64,000 nucleotides of DNA from Candidatus Woesearchaeota archaeon (GCA_964608765.1 CAZSPD010000001.1:147223-211222); one strand, 5' to 3'. Shown: positions 34,761 through 44,404, numbered from the stretch's first letter. The notes: a model not told the origin generated them from the letters alone. Numbers and translations: made by a program.

Positions 34761-35714
34761 TCAAACAACTTTCTTTTTCCCTTTCTTTTTTGAGGACGTT
34801 TTTTTCTTTTTTAGATTCTTATTTAAATTTTCTTCTTTTCTTTTTTTTACAATAGAGATTAAAAAATAAATTGATAAAACAAGTGCAGCTGAAATAAGAA
34901 AAGAATAATCCCCAAATACTGGTAAAGGCGCTATTTCTATACACGCTCCACAATCTTCTGGACACTCTTTACAATTTTCATCAGGTTCATTACAAATATC
35001 ATCTCCGCATACTGAACTCATAATAGTAATTTCATTTGCACAATCATCAGAACAATACACACAACTACTTTCACCAGCAAGAACAACACACACAACACCA
35101 TTTAAACCACTATTATCACACACTTCATTAGGACTGTCAATATTACCATCTCCACAATACCCTCCTGTAACTACAACTTCTTCACACTCATCAGAACAAT
35201 ATGTACAAGAATCTTTATATGGAGCAAGACATGGAACCCCATTTAAACTTCCATCATCACACTCTTCATAAGGTGTTTGAATTATTCCGTCTCCACAAAT
35301 TGAACGAGGATTAACTTGAAGCATATCTTCAGGTTCTGTTGAACTTGTCATACCTCCCCAAGGTTCTCCTGTAACAGCTGCAACAAAATAATATTCTGGA
35401 GGGTCACTCTCCCCGGGTTCATTATCTTTATGATATTCAGCAGTCCAAATTGCATAAGAAGAAGAACCACTATATCTAATACCTGAGGGGTTATTAACAA
35501 GTGGTTGGTCAATTCCTCCAGCATCTCTCTCAAATATTTGAAATGTTATTTCAAATCCCTCTAAACCAGGTCCAATTACAATGAGTTTTACTGGATCCCC
35601 TTCTGTTACACTAGTAGTATTCCAATAAGCAGAATCTATATGGGGAGCAGGAACAAATTTCATTAGAAAGATTACTATCATACACCCAAAAAAAACCTTA
35701 TACACACTTTTCAT
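34761..35714 (-). CDS. Cys-rich surface protein, paralogous to modules of the 1194-aa protein
   Basis: 317 aa. Signal/TM N-terminus. SDPPEYYFVAAVTG beta-sandwich-like module. CGDGIIQTPYEECDDGSLNGVPC repeats. C-terminal TM plus a K-rich tail. Confidence 0.75.
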   Translation of the reverse strand: MKSVYKVFFGCMIVIFLMKFVPAPHIDSAYWNTTSVTEGDPVKLIVIGPGLEGFEITFQIFERDAGGIDQPLVNNPSGIRYSGSSSYAIWTAEYHKDNEPGESDPPEYYFVAAVTGEPWGGMTSSTEPEDMLQVNPRSICGDGIIQTPYEECDDGSLNGVPCLAPYKDSCTYCSDECEEVVVTGGYCGDGNIDSPNEVCDNSGLNGVVCVVLAGESSCVYCSDDCANEITIMSSVCGDDICNEPDENCKECPEDCGACIEIAPLPVFGDYSFLISAALVLSIYFLISIVKKRKEENLNKNLKKKKTSSKKKGKKKVV

Positions 35715-35881
35715 AACTGAACCTCTTTTAATGTTCTATTTTAATAGGAATTCTTTTTTATAAATTCTCTTATTTAGTATTTTTACTTTATTTATCCCCT
35801 AAAATTTACTATTATCCAAACACTTTAAAAGTTTTATAATTATTATATTTATATATTATTATATTTATAGGTTAAGATACA

Positions 35882-37024
35882 ATGGAAACAAAAAAAATAT
35901 TTGATTATTCAATTGACACTGACGAAGAAACACTTATGCAATTTAGAGAGTGTTATTCTGAAGATTTTGTAAAATCTGCTGCACTTATGCCAGATGCTCA
36001 TAAAGGATATTCTGCACCAATAGGAGCAGTTCTAATTACAAAAGGTAAAATAGTTCCAGCCTGGGTAGGGTATGATATTGGGTGCGGTTTAATTGCAATT
36101 CAAATAAAAGGGAAAAACATTTTTGAGAAAATAACTAAAAACACTCAAAAAATCTACAATGAAATTCTAAAAAATATACCTATGGGAGTAGGTGAATATA
36201 GAAAATCAAAAAACCTCTCAGAAAAAACAAAAAAAGAATTTCAAAAACTATTAGAAAATTTCCAAAAAAAACCTCACAACAAAAATATTTTACATTTTCT
36301 TAAAACAACTCCCTTAAAACACTTAGGGACTTTAGGAGGAGGAAATCACTTTATTGAGATAGGACACTACAAAAAAGAAATCTGGCTAATAATTCATTCT
36401 GGAAGTAGAGGAATAGGGCATGTAATTGCAAAAAAATACATGATTAAAGCATCTAACAGTAAAACTAATTTTGAAAGAACCTTTCCTTTAGATGTTGATT
36501 CTGAATTAGGAAAAGAATATCTTAATATATTAGAATTTGGATTAGAATACGCTCTTCTTAATAGATTAGAAATTTCCTACAATGTAATTGAAATACTTGA
36601 AAAAATACTAAATGAAAAACTAAAAACAGAACTTTGGGTAAATAAAAATCATAACCACGCAGTTTATGAGAGAGGGCATTACATTCATAGAAAAGGAGCA
36701 ACTCCAGCAAAAAAAGGAGAAAGAGGAATAATTCCTGGAAACATGCGAGATGGCTCATTTTTAGTTATTGGGCTAGGAAATTCCAAATTTTTAAATTCTT
36801 CTTCACACGGAGCAGGAAGATTATTAAGTAGAAAACAAGCAAAAGAAAAAATATCAATGAAGGAATTTCAAGATTCAATGAAAGGCATACAAGGAACAGT
36901 CTCTCAAAAAACACTTGATGAATCTCCAATGGCATATAAAGACATAAATAAAATAATGGAAGCACAAAAAAAATCTGTTAAAGTTCTAAAAGAAATTAAA
37001 CCAATAATTAATTGGAAAGGATAG
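35882..37024 (+). CDS. rtcB: RtcB-family RNA 3'-phosphate ligase (short form)
   Basis: MPDAHKGYSAPIGAV, GGGNHFIEIG, HSGSRGIGH, NHNHA, HRKGATPA and SSSHGAGR motifs. 380 aa. Confidence 0.85.
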   Translation: METKKIFDYSIDTDEETLMQFRECYSEDFVKSAALMPDAHKGYSAPIGAVLITKGKIVPAWVGYDIGCGLIAIQIKGKNIFEKITKNTQKIYNEILKNIPMGVGEYRKSKNLSEKTKKEFQKLLENFQKKPHNKNILHFLKTTPLKHLGTLGGGNHFIEIGHYKKEIWLIIHSGSRGIGHVIAKKYMIKASNSKTNFERTFPLDVDSELGKEYLNILEFGLEYALLNRLEISYNVIEILEKILNEKLKTELWVNKNHNHAVYERGHYIHRKGATPAKKGERGIIPGNMRDGSFLVIGLGNSKFLNSSSHGAGRLLSRKQAKEKISMKEFQDSMKGIQGTVSQKTLDESPMAYKDINKIMEAQKKSVKVLKEIKPIINWKG

Positions 37025-37030
37025 TTGGAA

Positions 37031-37067
37031 ATATTTATAAACACATGTAAATATATATTTACACGTG
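37031..37067 (+). promoter_or_regulatory. TATA-like box plus a 26-bp near-perfect palindrome overlapping the HTH-MNT start codon
   Basis: ATATTTATAA at 37031-37040. CACATGTAAATAT/ATATTTACACGTG at 37042-37067 (12 of 13 arm positions pair). GTG start at 37065. Confidence 0.5.
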
Positions 37068-37598
37068 GAAACTAAATTAAAAATACTAAAACCATTTTTT
37101 GAAAATCCTAATGGGGAATTTCAGATAAGAGAACTTTCAAGACTATTAAAGATAAATCACACTACAATAAGGCAATATTTATTAAAATTAGTTAAAGAGG
37201 ATTTAGTAGAGATAAAGAAAGGTAAGCCTTATGATTATTTTAAAGCAAATATTAATAAGAAATTTTTAAACTTAAAGCTGTTTTTTAATATTGAAAAACT
37301 TAGAGAATCTGAATTAATAGGGCAAATTGAAAAAGACTATGATTACCCTTTAATAGTATTATTTGGAAGCTATGCTTCTGCAACAGATGATTCTAAAAGC
37401 GATATTGATTTGTTTGTCTTAACAGAAATTAAAAAAGAAAAAGATTATTCTAAATTTAAAGAAAAATTAAATAGAGAGGCAGTTCTACATCTCTTTTCAA
37501 AATCTGATTTTAATTCTGCAAAAACTAAAAATCCTGAACTATTAAATAATATTTTAAATGGAATAATTTTGTCAGGAAGATTAGAGGTATTTAAATGA
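37065..37598 (+). CDS. wHTH plus minimal nucleotidyltransferase (MNT-type antitoxin-like)
   Basis: 177 aa. FQIRELSRLLKINHTTIRQYL HTH. LFGSYASATDDSKSDIDLFVL NTase motif. GTG start. Confidence 0.75.
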   Translation: METKLKILKPFFENPNGEFQIRELSRLLKINHTTIRQYLLKLVKEDLVEIKKGKPYDYFKANINKKFLNLKLFFNIEKLRESELIGQIEKDYDYPLIVLFGSYASATDDSKSDIDLFVLTEIKKEKDYSKFKEKLNREAVLHLFSKSDFNSAKTKNPELLNNILNGIILSGRLEVFK

Positions 37599-38014
37599 AC
37601 TTTGATAATTTAATTAGAGAAGGTTTTATTAAAAAAGTTCCTATTGACTCAATTAGAGCAAAGAGTTTAATTAAATCATCTGAACAAGCATTAAACACAG
37701 CAAAGATAATTCCTTTTAAAGAAGAGACTTCAAAGACAATATTCAGAGAATTATATGAGTCTTTAAGACAGTGCTGTGAAGCAATAGGGTATCTTAAAGG
37801 ATATAAATTTTTTAACCACGAGTCTATTGCTTCCTTTTTAGATGAGATTTTAAATGAAAAACAATTGTCCTTAAAATTTGATAGATACAGAAAACTAAGA
37901 AATAGAATAAATTATTATGGGGATGCAATCAATCTTGAAACACTAAAGGAGGGTTTAACTGAAATACCTTCATTAATTCAAAGATTAAAGGAACATTTTA
38001 TTGTAAAAAATTAA
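37595..38014 (+). CDS. HEPN-domain protein (partner of the MNT)
   Basis: 139 aa, helical. RYRKLRNRINYYG HEPN-like motif. 4-nt overlap with the MNT gene. Confidence 0.65.
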   Translation: MNFDNLIREGFIKKVPIDSIRAKSLIKSSEQALNTAKIIPFKEETSKTIFRELYESLRQCCEAIGYLKGYKFFNHESIASFLDEILNEKQLSLKFDRYRKLRNRINYYGDAINLETLKEGLTEIPSLIQRLKEHFIVKN

Positions 38015-38041
38015 TTAATTGGAAAGGATAGAATTTACCTT

Positions 38042-38497
38042 TTATTTAATACAAAATAATTTAATTTGTCTAGGAGAATAATGTGTTGCATTTGCAGATA
38101 TTATAACTGCTCTTGCATAAACTTCTTTATCGGAATCTCCTTCAAAAAAACACTGTCCATTTATTAAGCAGATTTTTGCATTGCATGTTATTCCTACAGG
38201 AGATAATTCTTCTATTCTTTCTTTTACAAGAGGGACTTCACTTTCAAACTTATCCCACTCAAGAGGCAAATCATCTAAATTTACACTTAAAATTTCTGCT
38301 CTTAACTCTTCATCTAATTGAATATCTCTTAACATAGAAATTTGCTTTTCTGTTATTTCTTCTTGAAACTTCATTTTTGGAGAAACATTGGAACTTGTAA
38401 CAACAAGCAAGACCCCTGCAAGAAGAACTATTGATATAAAAGCTTCAACTAACCTCATCCATCCTTTTTTGTTTTTAGTTAAATTTCTATTTACCAT
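38042..38497 (-). CDS. Type IV pilin-like protein (class III signal peptide)
   Basis: 151 aa. Basic N-terminus KNKKG followed by the hydrophobic helix WMRLVEAFISIVLLAGVLLVV. Confidence 0.55.
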   Translation of the reverse strand: MVNRNLTKNKKGWMRLVEAFISIVLLAGVLLVVTSSNVSPKMKFQEEITEKQISMLRDIQLDEELRAEILSVNLDDLPLEWDKFESEVPLVKERIEELSPVGITCNAKICLINGQCFFEGDSDKEVYARAVIISANATHYSPRQIKLFCIK

Positions 38498-39261
38498 ACT
38501 TTAATTTTTAAGTATCCTGAATTTATTTTTCCATCTGAATTAATATAATTTATTGGTTTGTCTCTAACATATATATTTGTAGAAATATCACTTTCTAAAT
38601 CAGGATGACTCTTTTCAATTAAATCCCCATTTGAAAGAATTATTCCATATGTAAATTCAGTTTTTCCAGGAACATTTAATTGGGTTTTTAATGCAGAGTA
38701 ATCCCCTTCATCTACACTTCTTTTTATTTTTTCTTGAAATACATATTTATCTGTTTTTACTAATCCTATTTCTTCATTCACATTAGTACAACTTCCACCT
38801 CCCCCAGACACTGGATTAAACTCTTCAGAATAATATATTTTGAAAAATGTATCTTGAGAACTTAATCCATTTATACTAATATAACCCCCGTCAATATAAA
38901 CCATTGAACTATCCAAGACATTTCCTCTAGAATCAATAATAACTATCCTATTTCCTATATCTAGACTATTTATAGAGTGTCCTGAAAGTGTTACACAACT
39001 TCCAGTAGGAGGAGATATAGCTACACTAATAACTTTAACTCCTGAAGAAAACTCCTCAATCAACCCATTTTCTAAATTACTAAACAAATCTTTTTTACCT
39101 TCTTGCTTTGTTATTGAATATTTTGAAGCTGCAAAAACAAAAACTACAAATGATATAAATATTACAAAAGATATTATCACTTCAACATGTGTTCCTTTAC
39201 GATTTTTTGGAAAAAGACTACAATTGGAAAAACTTTTGTTTTTAACTCTCTTATTCATCAA
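38491..39261 (-). CDS. Type IV pilin-like protein (class III signal peptide)
   Basis: 256 aa. PKNRKG followed by THVEVIISFVIFISFVVFVFA. Overlaps the downstream pilin-like gene by 7 nt. Confidence 0.55.
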   Translation of the reverse strand: MMNKRVKNKSFSNCSLFPKNRKGTHVEVIISFVIFISFVVFVFAASKYSITKQEGKKDLFSNLENGLIEEFSSGVKVISVAISPPTGSCVTLSGHSINSLDIGNRIVIIDSRGNVLDSSMVYIDGGYISINGLSSQDTFFKIYYSEEFNPVSGGGGSCTNVNEEIGLVKTDKYVFQEKIKRSVDEGDYSALKTQLNVPGKTEFTYGIILSNGDLIEKSHPDLESDISTNIYVRDKPINYINSDGKINSGYLKIKVW

Positions 39262-39349
39262 ACTTACCTCTTTTTTACTAAATAACTAAATAACTCAAGT
39301 TTTTAAAACTAATTTTTTTTTAAAATCCTAAATTACTTTTTATCTAGCA

Positions 39350-40348
39350 TTATTTCCAACTAACTTCAATATAATCTGTTCTTTCTTGAGGATGTATATC
39401 TAGTTCTTCAAGACTCCCACTAAAATATACATTTGCATTTGCTTTAAACATTATTTCACCTAAAAAAGCAATCATAGCTCCATTATCTACAAGCAGATTT
39501 TTTTCAGGACAAAAGAATTTAGTTTCTTCAATTCTTTCATCACACATTATTTTACACATTTCTTGAAGCCGCAAATTACACGCAACACCTCCTCCAAGTA
39601 AAAGCTCTTTTTTTCCTGTGTGTGCCAATGCTCTTTCAGAAGTTTCAACAAGCATTGCAAAAACTGTTTCTTGAAGAGAATATGCTAAATCTTCTTTAGA
39701 GTATTTTCCAGATTCTATTTTTTGTTTTAAATTAGTTAATATCCCTGAGAGTGCAATATCCATTCCTTTAACTTTGTAAGGTAGTTCAATATAATTTTTA
39801 CTTTCTTTTGCTAATTTTTCAACACTAGGTCCCCCAGGAAACCCTATTCCAGAATATCTTGCAAAATTATCAATAAAGTTTCCAACTCCTATGTCTAAAG
39901 TTTCCCCAAACACTCTATATTTTCCAGATGCATAAGCAATTATTTGAGTGTTTGCTCCAGAAGTGTAAAGCATTACAGGATCTTTTGCTCCAGTCACTTT
40001 CCCTATTTCAAGATGAGCAACACAGTGATTAACCCCTACAATAGGTTTATTTAATTTTAAAGAAAGTTCTTTTGCTTTTTTTAATCCAACTAAAAGGCAA
40101 GGAGCTAAACCTGGTCCTTGAGAAAATGCAATTACATCTATTTCACTTTCCTTTATATTCGCTGTTTCAAGTGCTTTTTTATATAATTCCTTAAAAACAC
40201 TTTCATGATGCTTTGCACTTTCAGATGGAATTATTCCTCCTTGTTTTGTAGTATACATGTCTCTTACATTTGACAATATTTTCCCATTTTTAACAATACC
40301 AATACCTAAAGTGTGGGCAGTTGACTCAATACCCAAAACAATTACCAT
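39350..40348 (-). CDS. kae1: tRNA N6-adenosine threonylcarbamoyltransferase Kae1
   Basis: 332 aa. GIESTAHTLGIGIV, VNHCVAHLE and ASKHA fold motifs. No Bud32 fusion. Confidence 0.9.
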   Translation of the reverse strand: MVIVLGIESTAHTLGIGIVKNGKILSNVRDMYTTKQGGIIPSESAKHHESVFKELYKKALETANIKESEIDVIAFSQGPGLAPCLLVGLKKAKELSLKLNKPIVGVNHCVAHLEIGKVTGAKDPVMLYTSGANTQIIAYASGKYRVFGETLDIGVGNFIDNFARYSGIGFPGGPSVEKLAKESKNYIELPYKVKGMDIALSGILTNLKQKIESGKYSKEDLAYSLQETVFAMLVETSERALAHTGKKELLLGGGVACNLRLQEMCKIMCDERIEETKFFCPEKNLLVDNGAMIAFLGEIMFKANANVYFSGSLEELDIHPQERTDYIEVSWK

Positions 40349-40411
40349 AAAAATAAAATAAAGAATTAGTATATAAAATTAATTAAAAATAAAAAAAAGC
40401 ATTTGACAGCT

Positions 40412-40594
40412 TTATCTCTTTTTCTTTTTTACTGTCTTTTTTGCTGGCTTCTTAGCAGCAGGTTTTTTCTTAGCTGCCTTTTTCTTTTTTCCGCCTCTAG
40501 CCATTTTAGCTTCGCATACATTTCCGTTTCCGTCTACATAGTAAAGATATCCTGGCTTTCTTTTAACAGCATTTTTAACAACAACTGTTCCCAT
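40412..40594 (-). CDS. Small protein with a Lys/Ala-rich tail (putative nucleic-acid-binding)
   Basis: 60 aa. KRKPGYLYYVDGNGNVCEAKMARGG core followed by KKKKAAKKKPAAKKPAKKTVKKKKR. Strong AAGGAGGT 8 nt upstream of the ATG. Confidence 0.65.
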   Translation of the reverse strand: MGTVVVKNAVKRKPGYLYYVDGNGNVCEAKMARGGKKKKAAKKKPAAKKPAKKTVKKKKR

Positions 40595-40671
40595 TTTTTA
40601 ACCTCCTTTTGTGAATATGATTTATTATGGCAAATATTCTTTTTAAATCTTTCCTCGACGAGGATATTCAT

Positions 40672-41025
40672 CTAATAATAGTTACTCTTTTTAAATAAAC
40701 TTTGAATCTCTTTTTTATATTTTTTATTTAAAGGAATTTCAATAAGTTTGTAGAAAGATTTTTTTGGAGATATAGACGGTAAAAAAGGTCTTACAATTTT
40801 TTTTTCAATCACTTTATTCTTATTATCAAGCCATATTGCAGCAAATTCAAAGAAAACAAAAAACGAGTGAATCCTCATTTTAGTGGGTTTTGAAAATTCA
40901 AATAGCATTGCAGGACAATTTTCTTTTGAATGAAACATTAATCCTATTGCCTTTCCTAATCCAGATAATTTTTTAACTTTTTTTATCTTTATTTTTTTAG
41001 ATTTTTCTTTTATAGTCACCTGCAT
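40672..41025 (-). CDS. DUF192-like protein
   Basis: 117 aa. GLMFHSKENCPAMLFEF...IWLDNKNKVI pattern resembles DUF192 (COG1430). Confidence 0.55.
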   Translation of the reverse strand: MQVTIKEKSKKIKIKKVKKLSGLGKAIGLMFHSKENCPAMLFEFSKPTKMRIHSFFVFFEFAAIWLDNKNKVIEKKIVRPFLPSISPKKSFYKLIEIPLNKKYKKEIQSLFKKSNYY

Positions 41026-41062
41026 TTTAATACTAGAATTTTTTGATTTATAATATTATTTA

Positions 41063-41464
41063 TTATTCATTAAACCAATATTTGTTTTTATTAACTTGTT
41101 CTTTTTTAGTAAGATAGGTTTTATACATAAGATTAACATTTTTTTCTGTAACATAATCGTGATGTCTAAATCCTCCTCCAAATGTTTGGGGTATGTGCAT
41201 TAATTCATGAATTATTGTTTTTACTTGCTCTTCTTTACTTAGTTTATCAAATTTAGCAGACAAAAATTCAAGAGCATAATATGCTTCAACACCTATTGCC
41301 TTTTGCATCAATTTTCCAAGAGCATGACATCTGGCAATAGTTCTTTTAGTTGAGCTCCCATAACTCCTATAACACTTTACTCTTTCCATTTTTATGTGTG
41401 GAAAAAGCCTTTTAGAAATATCTTCAGCAATTAACTGTAAATCTGGAGCATATTCGTATCTCAT
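41063..41464 (-). CDS. Predicted Zn metallopeptidase (HExxH)
   Basis: 133 aa. IIHELMHIPQTFGGGFRHHD. Confidence 0.6.
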   Translation of the reverse strand: MRYEYAPDLQLIAEDISKRLFPHIKMERVKCYRSYGSSTKRTIARCHALGKLMQKAIGVEAYYALEFLSAKFDKLSKEEQVKTIIHELMHIPQTFGGGFRHHDYVTEKNVNLMYKTYLTKKEQVNKNKYWFNE

Positions 41465-41683
41465 TTAATCTTCACTGTGAAAATACCATTCACCTTCTTT
41501 ATTTATTTCTATTAGAGATATTTTACTTTTTATTATCCCTAGTTTTCTTGATAAAAGCTCTTTTATAAATTCTTCACTTTCTTTTGTTTGAGGCTCAGGT
41601 ATATATAAAATATATTTCCCAGGCATAATTTTCTCAAACTTTGGATAACTTGAATTAAATCTCACCTTTAGTATAATCTTCAT
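41465..41683 (-). CDS. Hypothetical protein, weakly DUF167-like
   Basis: 72 aa. IILKVRFNSS...ILYIPEPQTKESEEFIKELLSRKLG loosely parallels the neighbouring DUF167 protein. Confidence 0.4.
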   Translation of the reverse strand: MKIILKVRFNSSYPKFEKIMPGKYILYIPEPQTKESEEFIKELLSRKLGIIKSKISLIEINKEGEWYFHSED

Positions 41684-41717
41684 ATATTTCTCAGATAATT
41701 TAGCTTTTTAATAATTT

Positions 41718-41930
41718 TTATTCTATTTCAATGATTTTTTCTCTTGAATTAAATCCCTTTATTATTTTAACACTTTTCCTAAAATGTTTTTTAAGAAATT
41801 TAATTAACTCTAGATTTGCTTTTCCATCAATAGGCTTTTCTTTAATCCACACTTCATAAGATTTGTTTTTTTCAATTTCAATTATTTTTTCTTGAGAAGA
41901 ATTAGGATGAAGTTTAATTGAGACTTTCAT
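41718..41930 (-). CDS. DUF167 (YggU-like) protein
   Basis: 70 aa. VSIKLHPNSS...KEKPIDGKANLELIKFLKK...IIKGFNSREKIIEI. Confidence 0.65.
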   Translation of the reverse strand: MKVSIKLHPNSSQEKIIEIEKNKSYEVWIKEKPIDGKANLELIKFLKKHFRKSVKIIKGFNSREKIIEIE

Positions 41931-42327
41931 ACCTTCTTTGATTTCTATTTTCTTTTAATATTTTCCGTATTTTAGATTGAAGTAAAGAATAACTATCAAT
42001 ATCACTAGAACTTATAATGCCTTCAAGACCCTCTACTGTTCTAATCAATGTTTTTTCATCAACTTTAGGAGAGTATTTTTTTATTGTAACTATGTCTCCA
42101 GAATCATTTATTGAGTTGCGAATATTCATGAGATAATATGAACGACACTCAGGACATTTTAGAAGTGAAGTACACTCCCCTCCATAAGGTATTATTATCT
42201 GATTAACTGGACTGGATAGTGCTATAACTTCAAAATTCTCTATAATATCATCTACATTTAGCCTTTTTCCTTCTAAATAACCACAATAATAGCACTCTCT
42301 TTTTTTATAAGAATTTTTTTTTGGCAC
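41914..42327 (-). CDS. Hypothetical Zn-finger protein
   Basis: 137 aa. CYYCG...CPECRSYY four-Cys arrangement. Confidence 0.5.
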   Translation of the reverse strand: MPKKNSYKKRECYYCGYLEGKRLNVDDIIENFEVIALSSPVNQIIIPYGGECTSLLKCPECRSYYLMNIRNSINDSGDIVTIKKYSPKVDEKTLIRTVEGLEGIISSSDIDSYSLLQSKIRKILKENRNQRRYESLN

Positions 42328-42386
42328 TAGAGAATTAATTCTTAATGGTTTTTAAAAATTTATATTAAAAAATATTTATTAGAAAT

Positions 42387-43577
42387 TTATCTTGTTACAA
42401 TCTCTAATCCATCTCTGTGTTTTAGTTTATGTTCTTTTCCCCACGCCATCCTAGTTTTAGCATCAATTGCCTTTATAAAATTCTTTCCAAAATCAGTATG
42501 AAGATAATATGCAAAATCAAGTGCAGTTGTTCCAGGAGGCATTAAAAAACAATCTGGAAGTATATTTCCTTTACTATCTCCAAGCTTATTTGCTGATGCA
42601 GGGAATACTGCAATGTATTTTAAAAAATCAAATACAGCACTATTCAAAACTTGCTGAACTCCTGTTCCAAATTCATACTTATCTAAGACACTCTCTTTTA
42701 TTTTCCCTAATGCTTCTCTTTGTTTTGAATTAAGTTCTTTTAAAATCTTAAAATCTTTTTCACCAGGAATATATTCTATTAATCCAGCTTTAGCAGCTTG
42801 TCTTAAAGCTAACTCTGAATCTGAGCTACAGGGTATAACTAAATAATCCTTATATTTCTCTTTTATTAAATTATAATTTTTTTCTCCATTATCCATATCA
42901 ACTTTGTTAGCAGCAATAATCATAGGCTTACTTTCTTTTCTTAATTCTGACGCAAAACTTATTGTTTGTTCTTCACTCCATAAAGTTGGCTTTTCAGGAA
43001 GTTCCATCCTCAATAAAACATCTTTTACATTGTTTTCTTTTACTTTAAGCCCAGAAAATTGTTTTGCAACAGCTTCAGAGAATTTTGCCTTTGACATTTC
43101 AATTGTTCTTGCAAAAGTTCTCCACACTTTCATAAGAATATTGCAAAACCATTTATTTAATTCATCTTCAAGCAACTCTATATCATTTAATGGATTATAT
43201 TCTCCATTAGGAACAGGTTTTCCCTCAGAGTCAGTTGTTCCAGAAACATCAACTATATGCACAAAAACATCTGCTTCTCTTAAATCATCTAAAAATTGAT
43301 TTCCTAATCCTTTACCTTCACTCGCTCCTTTAACAAGCCCAGCAACATCCATTAAATCAATTGGAACAAATCTATTATGGTTTATACAAAATCCATGATT
43401 TGGATTACATTGAGTATTAAATTCTTTATCTAAACATTCAATTTTAACATACCCTATACCGTGATTTGGTTTTATTGTCGTAAAAGGATAAGATGCAATT
43501 TCAACTTCTGCTAAAGTAGCTGCCTTAAAAAAAGTGCTTTTTCCAACAGAAGGTTTTCCAACTAATCCTATTAACAT
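42387..43577 (-). CDS. Obg-family GTPase/ATPase (YchF/OLA1-like) with a TGS domain
   Basis: 396 aa. [29 protein letters not shown] and NKVD motifs. C-terminal TGS-like end. Confidence 0.8.
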   Translation of the reverse strand: MLIGLVGKPSVGKSTFFKAATLAEVEIASYPFTTIKPNHGIGYVKIECLDKEFNTQCNPNHGFCINHNRFVPIDLMDVAGLVKGASEGKGLGNQFLDDLREADVFVHIVDVSGTTDSEGKPVPNGEYNPLNDIELLEDELNKWFCNILMKVWRTFARTIEMSKAKFSEAVAKQFSGLKVKENNVKDVLLRMELPEKPTLWSEEQTISFASELRKESKPMIIAANKVDMDNGEKNYNLIKEKYKDYLVIPCSSDSELALRQAAKAGLIEYIPGEKDFKILKELNSKQREALGKIKESVLDKYEFGTGVQQVLNSAVFDFLKYIAVFPASANKLGDSKGNILPDCFLMPPGTTALDFAYYLHTDFGKNFIKAIDAKTRMAWGKEHKLKHRDGLEIVTR

Positions 43578-43651
43578 TTTCTATAATTTCAAAACATTGC
43601 TCCTTAAAAGATTATGTGTAAGGTGTTTTGAACTTAAAAAAGAATTACAAT

Positions 43652-44368
43652 TTACACTTTTTCTAAAACATAAAGCTTCATTGTTATATTTATTTTACTA
43701 AAATCATATTTTCTAATAAGATTATTTAATTTAGTTTTATCACTCTCTTTAAACCTTATAGGAGAGTCCTGGATAATATTTTTAACAAGCACTTCTTTAT
43801 TCGGATAAGAATCATAACTCCTAATCAATATCTCTTTTTTTATTTTAAAATTCTTTTTTATATTTTTTTTAAAATTTTTTGAAAAGTTTTCAACTTCTTT
43901 CATTACTTCTTTATTTTTATTCCAAAAAGGGGTTAGTAACTCATTATACTGATTGCCTTTATCTATCCATTTAATAATTACAAGTTTGCCTTTTTCTTTT
44001 AAAGAGTAATGAATCGCTTCTAAAATTCTATTAAAATTCTTATAAACAGGTTGGGCTAATATTACTACATCAAAATTTTTTTCTTTAAATTCTAAAATAT
44101 TTTTATGAACATACTTAATATTTTTCTTTTTTTTATGTTCATTACAATACTGAATAACTGATTTTTTAGAATCCACCCCAACAACTTTTCTAGCATATTT
44201 AGATATTGGGAGAGTTAATCTTCCTATACCGCAACCTACATCTAAAACAATTTTACCCTCAAACTCAATTTCTTTTAACAAAGTATTAAATTCTATTTTT
44301 TCTGGGTCAGAATATTTTAAACTTTCTTCCCATTTTTTAATTTGCTGTTTTAACACAGGTTTATTCAT
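43652..44368 (-). CDS. Class I SAM-dependent methyltransferase
   Basis: 238 aa. VLDVGCGIGRLT motif I. Confidence 0.7.
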   Translation of the reverse strand: MNKPVLKQQIKKWEESLKYSDPEKIEFNTLLKEIEFEGKIVLDVGCGIGRLTLPISKYARKVVGVDSKKSVIQYCNEHKKKKNIKYVHKNILEFKEKNFDVVILAQPVYKNFNRILEAIHYSLKEKGKLVIIKWIDKGNQYNELLTPFWNKNKEVMKEVENFSKNFKKNIKKNFKIKKEILIRSYDSYPNKEVLVKNIIQDSPIRFKESDKTKLNNLIRKYDFSKINITMKLYVLEKV

Positions 44369-44404
44369 AAATTACTAAACTATCTTAAGTTTATAAAATC
44401 AGAC

